From an uncultured Alphaproteobacteria bacterium (lineage in GTDB: Bacteria > Pseudomonadota > Alphaproteobacteria > Rhizobiales > Xanthobacteraceae): a stretch of 64,000 nt of DNA. The stretch lies in the NCBI GenBank assembly GCA_963750965.1, contig CAVVSK010000014.1, positions 206,903 through 270,902 of the forward strand. The letters run 5' to 3'. A program made the position numbers and the translations under genes. Under the pieces are notes generated by a model. That model ran no database searches. It saw only the letters and a list, made by a program, of their open reading frames with translations, and had not been told where the DNA came from. Shown here piece after piece: positions 31,400-41,268 of the stretch. Within the stretch, counting starts at the first letter, position 1; every line of letters starts with the position of its first letter.

Positions 31400-32059
31400 A
31401 TGTCGTCGAAAGCTCAAACGGAAAGTGAGCGCCCGGCCCCGCGCCTTTATCTGGTGACGCCGCGGGTCAAGGACGCGGCGGCCTTCGCGCGCGCACTCGA
31501 GCCCGCGCTGGCTGCGGCGGATATTGCTGCGGTGCTGCTACGGCTCGAGCCGGACGGCGAAGCTGAGCTGGTCGGCCGTATCAAGCTGCTGGCGCCACTT
31601 GCCCAGCGCGCGGGCGCAGCGCTTGTGCTGGACGGCAACGTGGATCTCGTGGGACGCTCAGGCGCCGACGGCGCGCATCTGACCGGGATCCATGCATTGG
31701 AAGGCGCGATTGAGCGGCTGAAGCCCGATCGTATCGCCGGCGCTGGCGGCATGGTCACGCGCCATGACGCCATGCTCGCCGCGGAAGCAGACGCCGATTA
31801 CGTCCTGTTCGGAGAGCCGGATCTCAACGGTGAGCGTCCCAGCCTGAGCGCCATCGAAAACCGCGTATCCTGGTGGGCGGAAGTTTTCCAGCCGCCCTGC
31901 GTTGCCTATGCGACAAGCCTTGAGGACGTTGCCGCACTGGCCGCGGCCGGTGCCGACTTTGTGGCGCTGGCGGATTTTATCTGGAACGACCCGCGCGGTC
32001 CTGCCGCTGCTGTGAGCGATGCAGCGCAGCGGCTGCAGCAAAAGGAAGCCGCGAAATGA
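31400..32059 (+). CDS. thiamine phosphate synthase (ThiE)-like protein
   Basis: 219 aa. RLYLVTP... and a TIM-barrel-like pattern with GADGAHL and ADYVLFGE. The real start was chosen inside the longer ORF. Confidence 0.65.
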   Translation: MSSKAQTESERPAPRLYLVTPRVKDAAAFARALEPALAAADIAAVLLRLEPDGEAELVGRIKLLAPLAQRAGAALVLDGNVDLVGRSGADGAHLTGIHALEGAIERLKPDRIAGAGGMVTRHDAMLAAEADADYVLFGEPDLNGERPSLSAIENRVSWWAEVFQPPCVAYATSLEDVAALAAAGADFVALADFIWNDPRGPAAAVSDAAQRLQQKEAAK

Positions 32060-33030
32060 GCGCGCGCGTATTTGCCGTGCTGTGCACTGCGATGCTTGCC
32101 ATGCCCGCGCAGGCGCAGACCAAGCCGCCTGCCAAGTCCGCGCCGAAAAGCAAGGCAGCGCCAGCGCCGAGCCTGCCACCGGAGGGCGACGTCGCCTATG
32201 GCGCCTATCAGCGGGGGAATTATCTCACCGCGTTGGTCGAAGCGACCAAGCGGATGGAGGAAAAGAACGATCCGAAAGCAATGGCGTTGCTGGCAGAGCT
32301 CTATGCCAACGGCCTCGGCGTTTCGATGAACGACGCCAAGGCTGCCGAATTGTATCAGCGCGCCGCCGACCGCGGCGATCGCGAAGCAATGTTCCAGCTG
32401 GGACTCATGCGCTACAGCGGGCGCGGCGGCAAACGCGATACGGCCGAGGCGGCCAAGCTTTTCGCCGCGGCGGCCAAGCTCGGCTCTCCACCGGCAGCCT
32501 ATAATCTTGCGTTGCTTTATCTCGAAGGCCAGGTATTCCCGCAGGATTTCGCGCGCGCCGCCGAGCTGTTCCGCGCGGCCGCCGGCGCCGGCAGTCCGGA
32601 AGCGCAATACGCCTTAGCGACGCTCTACAAGGAAGGGCGCGGCGTAGAAAAAGATCCGCGGGAATCCGCGCGCTGGCTTGCCGCCGCGACTACCGGCGGT
32701 CATCGCGACGCCGAGGTCGAATATGCCATCGCATTGTTCAACGGCAACGGTGTGGCCAAGGATGAAGCGAAAGCAGCGGCGATCTTCTTAAAATCGGCGC
32801 GGCAGGGAAACCCGATTGCGCAGAATCGGTTGGCGCATATCCTGTTCCGCGGGCGCGGTCTGCCAACCGATCCGGTGCAAGCGGCGCGATGGCACCTCAT
32901 CGCCAAGGCGGGCGGCAATGGCGATGTCATACTCGACAATCTGGTCGCTCAATTGACGCCGGAGGATCGTGCCGCCGCGGAGAAGGCCGCCAAGCCCTGG
33001 TTTGAGTATCTCGCCGCGCGATCCAACTAG
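32056..33030 (+). CDS. exported Sel1/TPR-repeat protein
   Basis: Signal peptide (VLCTAMLAMPAQA) and at least six Sel1 repeats (A..LYQRAADRGDREAMFQLGLMRYSGRG...). Confidence 0.85.
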   Translation: MSARVFAVLCTAMLAMPAQAQTKPPAKSAPKSKAAPAPSLPPEGDVAYGAYQRGNYLTALVEATKRMEEKNDPKAMALLAELYANGLGVSMNDAKAAELYQRAADRGDREAMFQLGLMRYSGRGGKRDTAEAAKLFAAAAKLGSPPAAYNLALLYLEGQVFPQDFARAAELFRAAAGAGSPEAQYALATLYKEGRGVEKDPRESARWLAAATTGGHRDAEVEYAIALFNGNGVAKDEAKAAAIFLKSARQGNPIAQNRLAHILFRGRGLPTDPVQAARWHLIAKAGGNGDVILDNLVAQLTPEDRAAAEKAAKPWFEYLAARSN

Positions 33031-33120
33031 CCGTTCTCCGCAGAGAGAGGGTGGCTTCCGAGCCTCGGGGCGTGTAAGCAACGGCTACCTTCCTTCCCAA
33101 AACGACAACTCAACAAAATC

Positions 33121-33939
33121 ATGCTGCATTCCGCCCTGCTCAATGTCATGGTCAAAGCTGCACGGCTCGCGGGCCGCGGGCTGAAGCGCGACTTCGGCGA
33201 GGTGGAGCATCTGCAGGTCTCGCTCAAGGGGCCGGCCAATTTCGTCACCGCCGCCGACCGCAAGGCGGAAGAAATTCTGCGCGAGGAGCTGGCCAAAGCG
33301 AGGCCAGGCTACGGCTTTGTCGGCGAGGAAACCGGCCGACATGAGGGCAGTGACGCGACGCATCTCTGGATCGTCGATCCGCTCGACGGCACCACGAATT
33401 TTCTGCACGGTATTCCGCAATTCGCCATCTCGGTGGCGTTGGAGCGCGAGGGGGCCATTGTCGCGGGACTGATCTACAATCCGGCGACAGACGAAATGTT
33501 CTTGGGCGAGCGCGGTAAGGGCGCCTTTCTCAACGACAAACGCCTGCGCGTCGCCGGACGGCGACGTCTCGCCGACAGCGTGATCTCCTGCGGCTTACCT
33601 CATCTCGGGCGCGGCGATCTGGAATTGAACCGCCGCGAAATGGCCGCGGTGCAAGAAAAGGTGGCTGGATTGCGCCGCTTCGGCTCGGCCGCGCTCGATT
33701 TGGCATTCATCGCCGCGGGGCGGTTCGACGGCTACTGGGAGCGCGGTTTATCGCCCTGGGATATGGCGGCCGGCATCCTGCTGGTACGGGAGGCGGGCGG
33801 CTATGTCACCGACCTGCAGGGCAAGGACGCCATGCTGACGACCGGAGATATCATCGCTGGCAATGAGATAATCCACCGCGATTTGCTGGGTGCCCTGCGC
33901 GCCGTGGGTCACGCCGGGATTAATTCTGCCACGATTTGA
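33121..33939 (+). CDS. suhB: inositol monophosphatase family protein (SuhB-like)
   Basis: Motifs WIVDPLDGTTNF and WDMAAGILLVREAGG. Confidence 0.9.
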   Translation: MLHSALLNVMVKAARLAGRGLKRDFGEVEHLQVSLKGPANFVTAADRKAEEILREELAKARPGYGFVGEETGRHEGSDATHLWIVDPLDGTTNFLHGIPQFAISVALEREGAIVAGLIYNPATDEMFLGERGKGAFLNDKRLRVAGRRRLADSVISCGLPHLGRGDLELNRREMAAVQEKVAGLRRFGSAALDLAFIAAGRFDGYWERGLSPWDMAAGILLVREAGGYVTDLQGKDAMLTTGDIIAGNEIIHRDLLGALRAVGHAGINSATI

Positions 33940-34031
33940 CGGTTTCTAGCCAGGATTGCGGCAAGGCTGTTATTTTCTTTCGGTGTGCCTGTGCCATAGT
34001 GGGGTCGACCTCCAGCGTTGAATTGACAAGC

Positions 34032-35004
34032 ATGGCTCAAGACGTCGATCTACTGAAGCTTTCATCACCGCGCATCTTTCTTGTGCGGATATTCGTGTTC
34101 TTGATTCTCTGTGCACTGATAGTGGTCGTGCTGCACAAGCCGATCTGGGTCGCCTTTCTCGCCAATCCGGGACTTAACGCGGTCATCATCGGTGTTTTGC
34201 TGGTCGGCATCCTGCTCGCCTTCCGCCAGGTAATCCGGCTCTATCCCGAAGTCGCCTGGGTCAACAGCTTCCGTATCGCCGACCCCGGCCTGGCAGTGGA
34301 CCGGCCGCCGGTGCTGCTCGCGCCGATGGCGGCCATCCTGGGGGACCGGGTCGGACGCATGGCGATGTCGGCGCAATTGATGCGCGGCATTCTGGACTTC
34401 GATCGCGACCCGCCTTGATGAAGCGCGCGACATCTCGCGCTACATGACGGGTCTGCTGGTGTTCCTCGGGCTGCTCGGCACCTTTTGGGGCTTGATCGAA
34501 ACCGTCGGTTCCGTGGGCCGGGTGATTCAAGGTCTCAGCATCGGCGGCGACGCAGGCGCCATGCTCGACGCCTTGAAGGAAGGTCTCGCCGCTCCCTTGA
34601 GCGGCATGGGCATCTCCTTCTCGTCCTCGCTGTTCGGCCTCGCGGGCTCGCTCGTGCTCGGCTTCCTGGACCTGCAATCGAGCCAGGCGCAAAACCGCTT
34701 TTACATCGACTTGGAAGATTGGCTCTCGACCACCGTGCACGACCTTTCGACCGAGCCTGGCACACCAGTCGGCGGCGAGGTGCGCGGCGCGATCGAAAAG
34801 CTGCGCGATGCCGTCGCAGATGCCGGATCGGGCAAGGCCGCAACCGCGGCCATGGCCAATCTTGCCGAAGCGATTCAAGGCCTCGTGCATCACATGCGCA
34901 CCGAGCAGCAGATGATCCGCGACTGGGTGGAGTTGCAGGCGGAACAACACCGCGACATCCGCCGGCTGCTGGAAATGCTGGTGCGCGAGAACGTGCGCAA
35001 GTAG
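34032..35004 (+). pseudogene. MotA/TolQ/ExbB-family proton-channel protein, interrupted by a +1 frameshift at ~34398
   Basis: The N-terminal part has two TM segments and ends ...LMRGILD. It continues in the next frame as SIATRLDEARDISRYMTGLLVFLGLLGTFWGL...GMGISFSSSLFGLAGSLVLGFL (the channel TM3/TM4 signature), followed by a helical tail. Removing one T from GACTTC (34395-34400) restores the frame. Confidence 0.8.
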
Positions 35005-35010
35005 GACGTC

Positions 35011-36036
35011 ATGGCACTGGCTCGCAGATCGCGCGGCAACTCCGGCATGAATTACTGGCCGGGCTTCGTCGATGCGCTGTCGACGTTGATCTTGAGCGTG
35101 ATCTTCCTGCTTTCGGTATTTGTCGTCGTTCAGTTTTTCCTGGCGCAGGAAGTCAGCGGCAAGGACACCGCTTTGCAACGGCTGAACGCACAGATCGCCC
35201 AGCTCTCCAATCTGCTGTCGCTGGAGAAGGCCGGCGCGATCGATCTTGAGCAACAGATCGCGCAGTTGCACGCTGGCCTTGCCAGCGCGGAAAGCGAGCG
35301 CGACCGCCTGAAAGGAATAGCCGACGCTGCGAGCGGCACCGCCTCGGCGCAGGGTCAAGTTAAGCAGCTGAGCAGCGAACTCGACACGCAAAAATCGCTG
35401 TCTGCCCGAGCGCTGGCACAGGTCGAGGCGCTCAATCAGCAGATCGCGGCATTGCGTCGCCAGCTCAGCGCGCTGGAAGCAGCGCTCGACGTCTCCGACC
35501 AGCGCGAGAAAGAATCCCAGACGCGGCTGGCGGAGCTCGGGCAGCGGCTCAATGTCGCGCTCGCCCAGCGGGTGCAGGAACTTTCACGATACCGGTCGGA
35601 TTTCTTTGGCCGACTCCGCCAGATCCTGGGTAACCGGCAGGATGTGCGCATTGTCGGCGACCGCTTCGTCTTCCAGTCGGAAGTATTTTTCGACGCCAGC
35701 CAGGCTGCGCTGAAGCCGGAAGGCATGTCCGAGCTCGATACCGTCGCGAACGCGTTGCTCGACTTGGAAAAGCAGATCCCCTCCGACATCGCCTGGGTGA
35801 TGCGCGTGGATGGCCATACCGACGTGCGGCCGATCTTCACCGCGCAATTCCGTTCCAATTGGGAGCTTTCCGCGGCGCGCGCGATTTCGGTCGTGCAGTA
35901 CCTGATCAGCAGGGGGGTCTCGCCGCAGCGTCTGGTGGCCGCCGGCTTCGGCGAATTTCAGCCGCTCGATACAGCGCCGACGGAGGCCGCCTTCGGCCGC
36001 AACCGACGCATCGAACTGAAGCTGACGGAGCGGTGA
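35011..36036 (+). CDS. MotB-like protein: TM with conserved Asp, long coiled coil, C-terminal OmpA/peptidoglycan-binding domain
   Basis: NYWPGFVDALSTLILSVIFLL, ~170 aa of heptad-rich sequence, then an OmpA-like domain (VDGHTD...NWELSAARAISVVQYL...NRRIEL). Confidence 0.85.
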   Translation: MALARRSRGNSGMNYWPGFVDALSTLILSVIFLLSVFVVVQFFLAQEVSGKDTALQRLNAQIAQLSNLLSLEKAGAIDLEQQIAQLHAGLASAESERDRLKGIADAASGTASAQGQVKQLSSELDTQKSLSARALAQVEALNQQIAALRRQLSALEAALDVSDQREKESQTRLAELGQRLNVALAQRVQELSRYRSDFFGRLRQILGNRQDVRIVGDRFVFQSEVFFDASQAALKPEGMSELDTVANALLDLEKQIPSDIAWVMRVDGHTDVRPIFTAQFRSNWELSAARAISVVQYLISRGVSPQRLVAAGFGEFQPLDTAPTEAAFGRNRRIELKLTER

Positions 36037-36485
36037 ACCAGGAGGCCCCGAGGCTTCGGCCCTATACCGCGGCCGACGAAGAAGCGGCAATCGCGCTCTG
36101 GCTTCGCAGCTGGCAGCAAGCCTATCCGGACATCGACTTTGCGGCGCGACTTAATTGGTGGCGCGAGCGCTGGCGCAACGAACTGGTGACGCAGACGCGG
36201 ATCGTCGTCGCCGAAAAGGCCGGCGCGATGACTGGCTTCGTCACGGTCGATCCGAAAACCTTTTATCTCGACCAGATCGTGGTGGCGCCGGAAGCCTGGG
36301 GCTCCGGCACTGCGGAAGCTCTGCTCGTCGAAGCGCGGCGGCTGTCGCCCCGTGGGCTCGATCTGCAGGTCAATCAGGACAATGCCCGCGCCATCCGCTT
36401 CTACCAGAAGCATGGTTTCACAATCACCGGCGAGGATAAGAATTCTTCCGGGCGGCTGACCTACTGGATGAAATGGCGACCGTGA
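36033..36485 (+). CDS. GNAT family N-acetyltransferase
   Basis: The GTG start overlaps the upstream stop (GTGA). Acetyl-CoA motif (QIVVAPEAWGSGTAEALL) and ...NARAIRFYQKHGF. Confidence 0.8.
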   Translation: MNQEAPRLRPYTAADEEAAIALWLRSWQQAYPDIDFAARLNWWRERWRNELVTQTRIVVAEKAGAMTGFVTVDPKTFYLDQIVVAPEAWGSGTAEALLVEARRLSPRGLDLQVNQDNARAIRFYQKHGFTITGEDKNSSGRLTYWMKWRP

Positions 36486-36550
36486 TCCTCTCCCCTCCCC
36501 GCATATGATTTCGGGGTTGCCCATCCGACTGGGCAGAAGAGGTGAAGAGG

Positions 36551-38332
36551 TCACACACCCTCGAACTGCAATTTCGCAAGTCGTGCATAAAGCCCGTCCT
36601 GCGCCACCAGGCTTTCATGCGTGCCCTGCTCTACAAGATTGCCCTGCTCCATCACCAGAATGCGGTCGCAGGTCAGCACGGTCGCCAGCCGATGCGCGAT
36701 CACCAGCGTGGTGCGATGCTGCATCAGACGTTCCAGCGCGGTTCGCACCAGGGTCTCGCTTTCGGCATCGAGTGACGAAGTGGCTTCGTCGAGCAGCAGG
36801 AGCGGCGCATCGCGCAAAATGGCGCGCGCAATGGCGATGCGCTGGCGCTGACCGCCTGACAGCATGATGCCGCGCTCGCCCACCGGCGTGTCGTATTTTT
36901 GCGGCATGCGCTGGATAAATTCCGCCGCCAGCGCGAGGTCCGCCGCCCGCTCCACGTCCTGATCGCTGGCATCCGGCCGGCCGAAGCGGATGTTCTCACG
37001 CGCCGTGGCGGCGAAGATCACGGAATCCTGCGGCACCAACGCGATGCGCTGGCGCAGTTCCATCGGATCGGCATCGGCTAACGGCACGCCATCGAAGCTC
37101 ACCACGCCGGACAAAGGATCGTAGAACCGCAGCAGCAAATGAAAGATCGTGCTCTTGCCGGCGCCGGAGGGGCCGACGATGGCGACCTTCTCCCCCGGCC
37201 GCACCCGAAAGCTGACGCCGCTAAGCACCGGAGCGTCCTGTCGGGTCGGATAATGGAAGTTCACCTGATCGAAGGCGACCTCCCCGCGCGCGGGCACGGG
37301 GAGCGCGACGGCATTTGCTGGGCGTTGAATCGTCGGCTGGATGGCAAGGATCTCAAAGAGACGCTCGGCTGCGCCGGCCGCCTGGGTGATCTCGCCCCAG
37401 ACTTGTGAGAGCTCACCGAGCGCGCTCGCCGCCAGCACGGCATAAAGCAGGAATTGACCGAGGCGACCTGCCGTGATGGCGCCGCTCAACACGTCTTGCG
37501 CGCCGACCCACAGCACGACCACCACGCTGCCGAACACCATAAAAATCGCAAAGGCGGTGAGCACCGCGCGGGAGCGGGTGGATTCCACCGCCGCGGTATA
37601 GGCCCGCTCCACCACCGCGCCGAAACGCGCATGCGCCAGACGCTCGTTGGTGAAGGCCTGCAACACGCGCACCGCACCGATCAATTCAGTGGCATAGCCG
37701 GAAGCATCGGCCAGCGTGTCCTGCGCGAGGCGTGAGCGGCGGCGTACCGCCCGACCGAAAGCAACGATCGGCAGCACGATCACCGGAATGGCGGCGAGCA
37801 CAAAGGTCGACAATCGGGGACTGGTCACCACCATCATCACGGCGGCGCCGACGAACAGCACGAGATTGCGGAGCACGATCGATACCGAAGCGCCGACCGC
37901 GGACTTGATCTGCGTGGTGTCAGCGGTGAGCCGCGAGACTATCTCGCCGGTTTTCGCCTGATCGAAAAAGTCGGGCGACAGGCGGGTGAGATGGGCGAAC
38001 ACGTTCTGACGCAGGTCGGCAACAATGCGCTCGCCGAGCGTCGTCACGAGATAAAAGCGCGTGGCGCTGGCAGCTGCCAACACAGCCACCACCAAGAGCA
38101 TCACGAGAAAATAATTGTCGATGAGCGAGGTATTGGCGGCGGAAAAGCCGACATCAATCATCCGCCGTACCGCCAGCGGTACCGCCAGCGTGGCCAGAGC
38201 GGCGACGATCAGCGCCGCGAGCGCCGCCAACGCCCTCCCGCGATAACGGGCGACATAAGGCAGGAGCGAGGCCAGGGGCCGGAGCCGACGGGCGGGGCGG
38301 TCGTGCCTTTCTTCAGCCCCGGCGGTACTCAT
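36551..38332 (-). CDS. ABC transporter, fused permease/ATPase (MsbA-like exporter)
   Basis: Six-TM exporter domain, Walker [10 protein letters not shown], signature LSGGQRQR and Walker [10 protein letters not shown]. Confidence 0.9.
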   Translation of the reverse strand: MSTAGAEERHDRPARRLRPLASLLPYVARYRGRALAALAALIVAALATLAVPLAVRRMIDVGFSAANTSLIDNYFLVMLLVVAVLAAASATRFYLVTTLGERIVADLRQNVFAHLTRLSPDFFDQAKTGEIVSRLTADTTQIKSAVGASVSIVLRNLVLFVGAAVMMVVTSPRLSTFVLAAIPVIVLPIVAFGRAVRRRSRLAQDTLADASGYATELIGAVRVLQAFTNERLAHARFGAVVERAYTAAVESTRSRAVLTAFAIFMVFGSVVVVLWVGAQDVLSGAITAGRLGQFLLYAVLAASALGELSQVWGEITQAAGAAERLFEILAIQPTIQRPANAVALPVPARGEVAFDQVNFHYPTRQDAPVLSGVSFRVRPGEKVAIVGPSGAGKSTIFHLLLRFYDPLSGVVSFDGVPLADADPMELRQRIALVPQDSVIFAATARENIRFGRPDASDQDVERAADLALAAEFIQRMPQKYDTPVGERGIMLSGGQRQRIAIARAILRDAPLLLLDEATSSLDAESETLVRTALERLMQHRTTLVIAHRLATVLTCDRILVMEQGNLVEQGTHESLVAQDGLYARLAKLQFEGV

Positions 38333-38516
38333 CGCGTCCTTAAACCTTTCGTTCCGCCGCTGGACGGCCGGCGGGACAATGCCCCGCCCAGACCGGGCTT
38401 GGCAATCGAGCCCATTCGGCTTGTTTCAAGGCCAAAGCTGGGTTATAGAGCCGGCAATTCCAGCGAACCACGACGGCAAAAACAGCGCGATTTCAAGGAC
38501 GCGCGGGAGCAAAGCT

Positions 38517-38744
38517 ATGAAGGCCGATACGCATCCGAACTATCACACCATCAAGGTCGTCATGACTGATGGAACCGAATTCACCACCCGCACCACCTGG
38601 GGCAAGGCGGGTGATGTCATGAATCTCGACATCGATCCGAAATCGCACCCGGCCTGGACAGGCGGCAGCCAGCAGTTGGTCGACCGCGGCGGGCGTCTCT
38701 CACGCTTTCAGAAGAAGTTCGCCGGGATCGGTCTCAAGAAGTAA
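38517..38744 (+). CDS. rpmE: 50S ribosomal protein L31
   Basis: [29 protein letters not shown]...HPAWTGG...RFQKKF, 75 aa. Confidence 0.93.
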   Translation: MKADTHPNYHTIKVVMTDGTEFTTRTTWGKAGDVMNLDIDPKSHPAWTGGSQQLVDRGGRLSRFQKKFAGIGLKK

Positions 38745-38762
38745 ACGCGCCGCCCGGAATGC

Positions 38763-38788
38763 AAAAACCCCGCTTTGGCGGGGTTTTT
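38763..38788. terminator. bidirectional rho-independent terminator between rpmE and the DUF1465 gene
   Basis: AAAAA-CCCCGC-TTTG-GCGGGG-TTTTT. Confidence 0.85.
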
Positions 38789-38834
38789 CTTTCGCTGCTC
38801 GGGGAGAGGAAGAAAGACAGGCGCAACGACAGAC

Positions 38835-39359
38835 TTACACAGGATCCTGTTCGAAGGCTGCCTTCAGCAGACCGATCTGGCGCTCCACCGGATTGTTACC
38901 CACCGGGGTCTCGGGCGCAGGAGCGGCATGAATCGTGGCGTCGAGGCGGCGCACCTTGACTTCCAGCTGGCTCGATCGCTCGATCAGCTCCTGCAGCGTG
39001 ACCGGCAACAGCTTCACGGCCTGATCGTCGCTGGCGCGCACCGAGGACAGCTTCACCTTGGCTTTTTCCTTGCTGGCCTGGGCGAGCGACATCTCGCCTT
39101 CCTTTACTGCGCGGTGCAGCAAGAGCCAGGAGGCGAGTTGCATCAGCCGCGTGGTCAGCCGCATGCTTTCGGTCGCATAAGCCAGTGCCGCGCCACGCTC
39201 CAATTTCTTCGATTCAACACGGCCCGGACCGTCCAGATAGCTGGCGGTTTCCTCTACCAAGGCCATGCCGTCGCGAAACAGCGCGGCAAACACCTCTGAA
39301 TTGGCCAGTCGCTCCCCAAAAGAAACCGGCCCCGCTTCATTGGCGGACTTGTCAAACAT
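38835..39359 (-). CDS. DUF1465 family protein (RcdA-like, regulator of CtrA degradation family)
   Basis: 174 aa. FGERLANSEVFAALFRDGMALVEETASYLDG...ESMRLTTRLMQLASWLLL is typical of DUF1465. The start was chosen at MFDKS. Confidence 0.75.
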   Translation of the reverse strand: MFDKSANEAGPVSFGERLANSEVFAALFRDGMALVEETASYLDGPGRVESKKLERGAALAYATESMRLTTRLMQLASWLLLHRAVKEGEMSLAQASKEKAKVKLSSVRASDDQAVKLLPVTLQELIERSSQLEVKVRRLDATIHAAPAPETPVGNNPVERQIGLLKAAFEQDPV

Positions 39360-39618
39360 TTTAAGCCTCACCCGTACGCCCTGGGGAGGCAGCATGGCCC
39401 GGGCGAGGCGTAGGAGTCCAGAACCCAGCCGCTTAAAGATGACGACATAGTTGCCGGATGAGCGGCACAGTCGCCGAGTGGCCCGAAATGGGACAAAGCA
39501 AAAAAAGGAGCCGCCGTTGCCGGCGGCTCGAAGGTGATAACAGGGAGGCGTCAAACAGAGTGGACAGGAGCCACTCAATGTCCAAAATTTGGACCATTCC
39601 AGTAATGGGCCAGAAAGC

Positions 39619-39633
39619 TTAACGACACCTTAA
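39619..39633. promoter_or_regulatory. perfect CtrA-type box TTAA-N7-TTAA
   Basis: TTAACGACACCTTAA in the intergenic region ~260 nt upstream of the DUF1465 start. It is the only perfect full site I found in the intergenic regions I inspected. Confidence 0.45.
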
Positions 39634-39667
39634 GGATTTCGGCCCGATTGCACGTTTTTGGGTTGCG

Positions 39668-39862
39668 CTACTTTTTGAAAAACTGCGCCGCCACGTCGCG
39701 GGAAGCTTTTTTGCTGGAAGCCACCGCCTCCAGCCGTGCGATCTCCTCGCGCAGAAGCGCGATGCGGTCATTCAATTCGCCGAGCGAGAGCAATGCCAGG
39801 TCTTGCCCGATCTCGTGGACGATCTTTTTTTTCGGCCGGTCTTCGTCGTCGATTGCTGGCAT
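39668..39862 (-). CDS. DUF1192 family protein
   Basis: 64 aa. LSLGELNDRIALLREEIARLE is the family hallmark. Confidence 0.75.
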   Translation of the reverse strand: MPAIDDEDRPKKKIVHEIGQDLALLSLGELNDRIALLREEIARLEAVASSKKASRDVAAQFFKK

Positions 39863-40085
39863 CGGCGCCTCCAGGTGCCGGTAATTTAGCGGCGAGCCCG
39901 GCGGTTGTCACATGCGGTGCGGGACGAACAATCGGCAAACTCGGTACGGGTTTCGTGCAAAAGCGGTCAAGCTTGCGCAGATTGCGCAGGCCTATCGACG
40001 GTTTTGCGCGCCAATTCTAACTTGCCGCCCTGATCTTTTCGAAAACCGGTTCCCACTATCTAGGATCATGCGCTAAAGAAGCCGC

Positions 40086-41084
40086 ATGAATCCGTTCCCC
40101 CCTCACATGACCGCCATAGCCATTCGCGCCCCGGGCGGTCCGGAAGCCCTGGTTCCGGAGGAACGTCCGGTACCGCAGCCCGGGCCGGGCGAGATTTTGG
40201 TGAAAGTCGCCGCAGCGGGCGTGAACCGTCCCGACGTGATGCAGCGACAGGGACTTTATCCACCGCCAAAGGGCGCGCCCGATATTCCCGGACTCGAAAT
40301 CGCCGGCGAGGTGATCGCGCTGGGCGATAACGTCACGCGCTGGAAGCAAGGCGACAAGGTCATGGCCCTGGTCATCGGCGGCGGTTATGCGGAATTTTGC
40401 CTAGCGCACGAAGGCCATGCGCTTCCAGTGCCGCAGAAATTTTCGATGGCGGAAGCCGCCGCCGTTCCGGAGACCTTCTTCACCGTCTGGCATAACGTGT
40501 TCGAGCGCGGTGCGCTGAAAAGCGGCGAGACGTTGCTGGTGCACGGCGGCACCTCGGGGATCGGCACCACCGCAATCCAACTCGCAAAGGCTTTTGGCGC
40601 TAACGTCATCACGACGGCCGGTTCGCCGGACAAATGCGAGGCCGCTCGCAAGCTCGGTGCCGATGTCGCGATCAATTACAAAACCGAAGATTTTGTCGCC
40701 ATGACCAAGACCGCGACCGCCGGCAAAGGCGCCGACGTTATCCTTGACATGATCGGCGGGGACTATATCGAGCGCAATTACGAAGCCGCCGCGGTCGAAG
40801 GGCGCATTGTGCAGATCGCCTTCCAGGGATCGCCCAAAGCCACCGTTGATTTCCGCCGGATCATGCTCAAGCGCCTGCATCACACCGGCTCGACGCTGCG
40901 CTCGCGCTCGGTTGAAGACAAGAATGCGATCGCTGCGGCCGTCGAAGCCAGGGTGCTGCCGCTGCTCACCGCAGGACAGGTGAAGCCGGTGATGGACAGC
41001 ACCTTCGCGCTGCGTCAGGCGCCGGCCGCCCATGCCCGCATGGAATCCAGCTTGCATATCGGCAAGATTGTCCTAACGATTTGA
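40086..41084 (+). CDS. NAD(P)H:quinone oxidoreductase (zinc-independent MDR, PIG3/Qor type)
   Basis: GEILVKVAAAGVNRPDVMQRQGLYPPP, Rossmann motif LVHGGTSGIGTTAIQLAK, C-terminal GKIVL. Confidence 0.88.
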   Translation: MNPFPPHMTAIAIRAPGGPEALVPEERPVPQPGPGEILVKVAAAGVNRPDVMQRQGLYPPPKGAPDIPGLEIAGEVIALGDNVTRWKQGDKVMALVIGGGYAEFCLAHEGHALPVPQKFSMAEAAAVPETFFTVWHNVFERGALKSGETLLVHGGTSGIGTTAIQLAKAFGANVITTAGSPDKCEAARKLGADVAINYKTEDFVAMTKTATAGKGADVILDMIGGDYIERNYEAAAVEGRIVQIAFQGSPKATVDFRRIMLKRLHHTGSTLRSRSVEDKNAIAAAVEARVLPLLTAGQVKPVMDSTFALRQAPAAHARMESSLHIGKIVLTI

Positions 41085-41268
41085 TTATTCGTATGATTCT
41101 AGGCCTGCTAAAAGGCCTTGGCGGTCCGCGTCAACCATAACGCGCATGCATGAGCGAGAGCCGCGAAATCGGCGTAAAGTCAGCTAGGTTGTGCCGGCTG
41201 GCCCGGCCCCCGATCCTGGGGGCAGATGGCAGACGAGAACAACCGGTCTGCCGAAGGGGAGATCCAGA

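Noticed and set aside
34032-36036. The MotA/MotB-like pair as a Zorya-type anti-phage defence system
   Set aside because: No ZorC/ZorD-like or other effector genes are adjacent. The MotA-like protein is short, without the very long ZorA tail. The pair is embedded among housekeeping genes (suhB, GNAT, msbA-like, rpmE), not in an accessory island.
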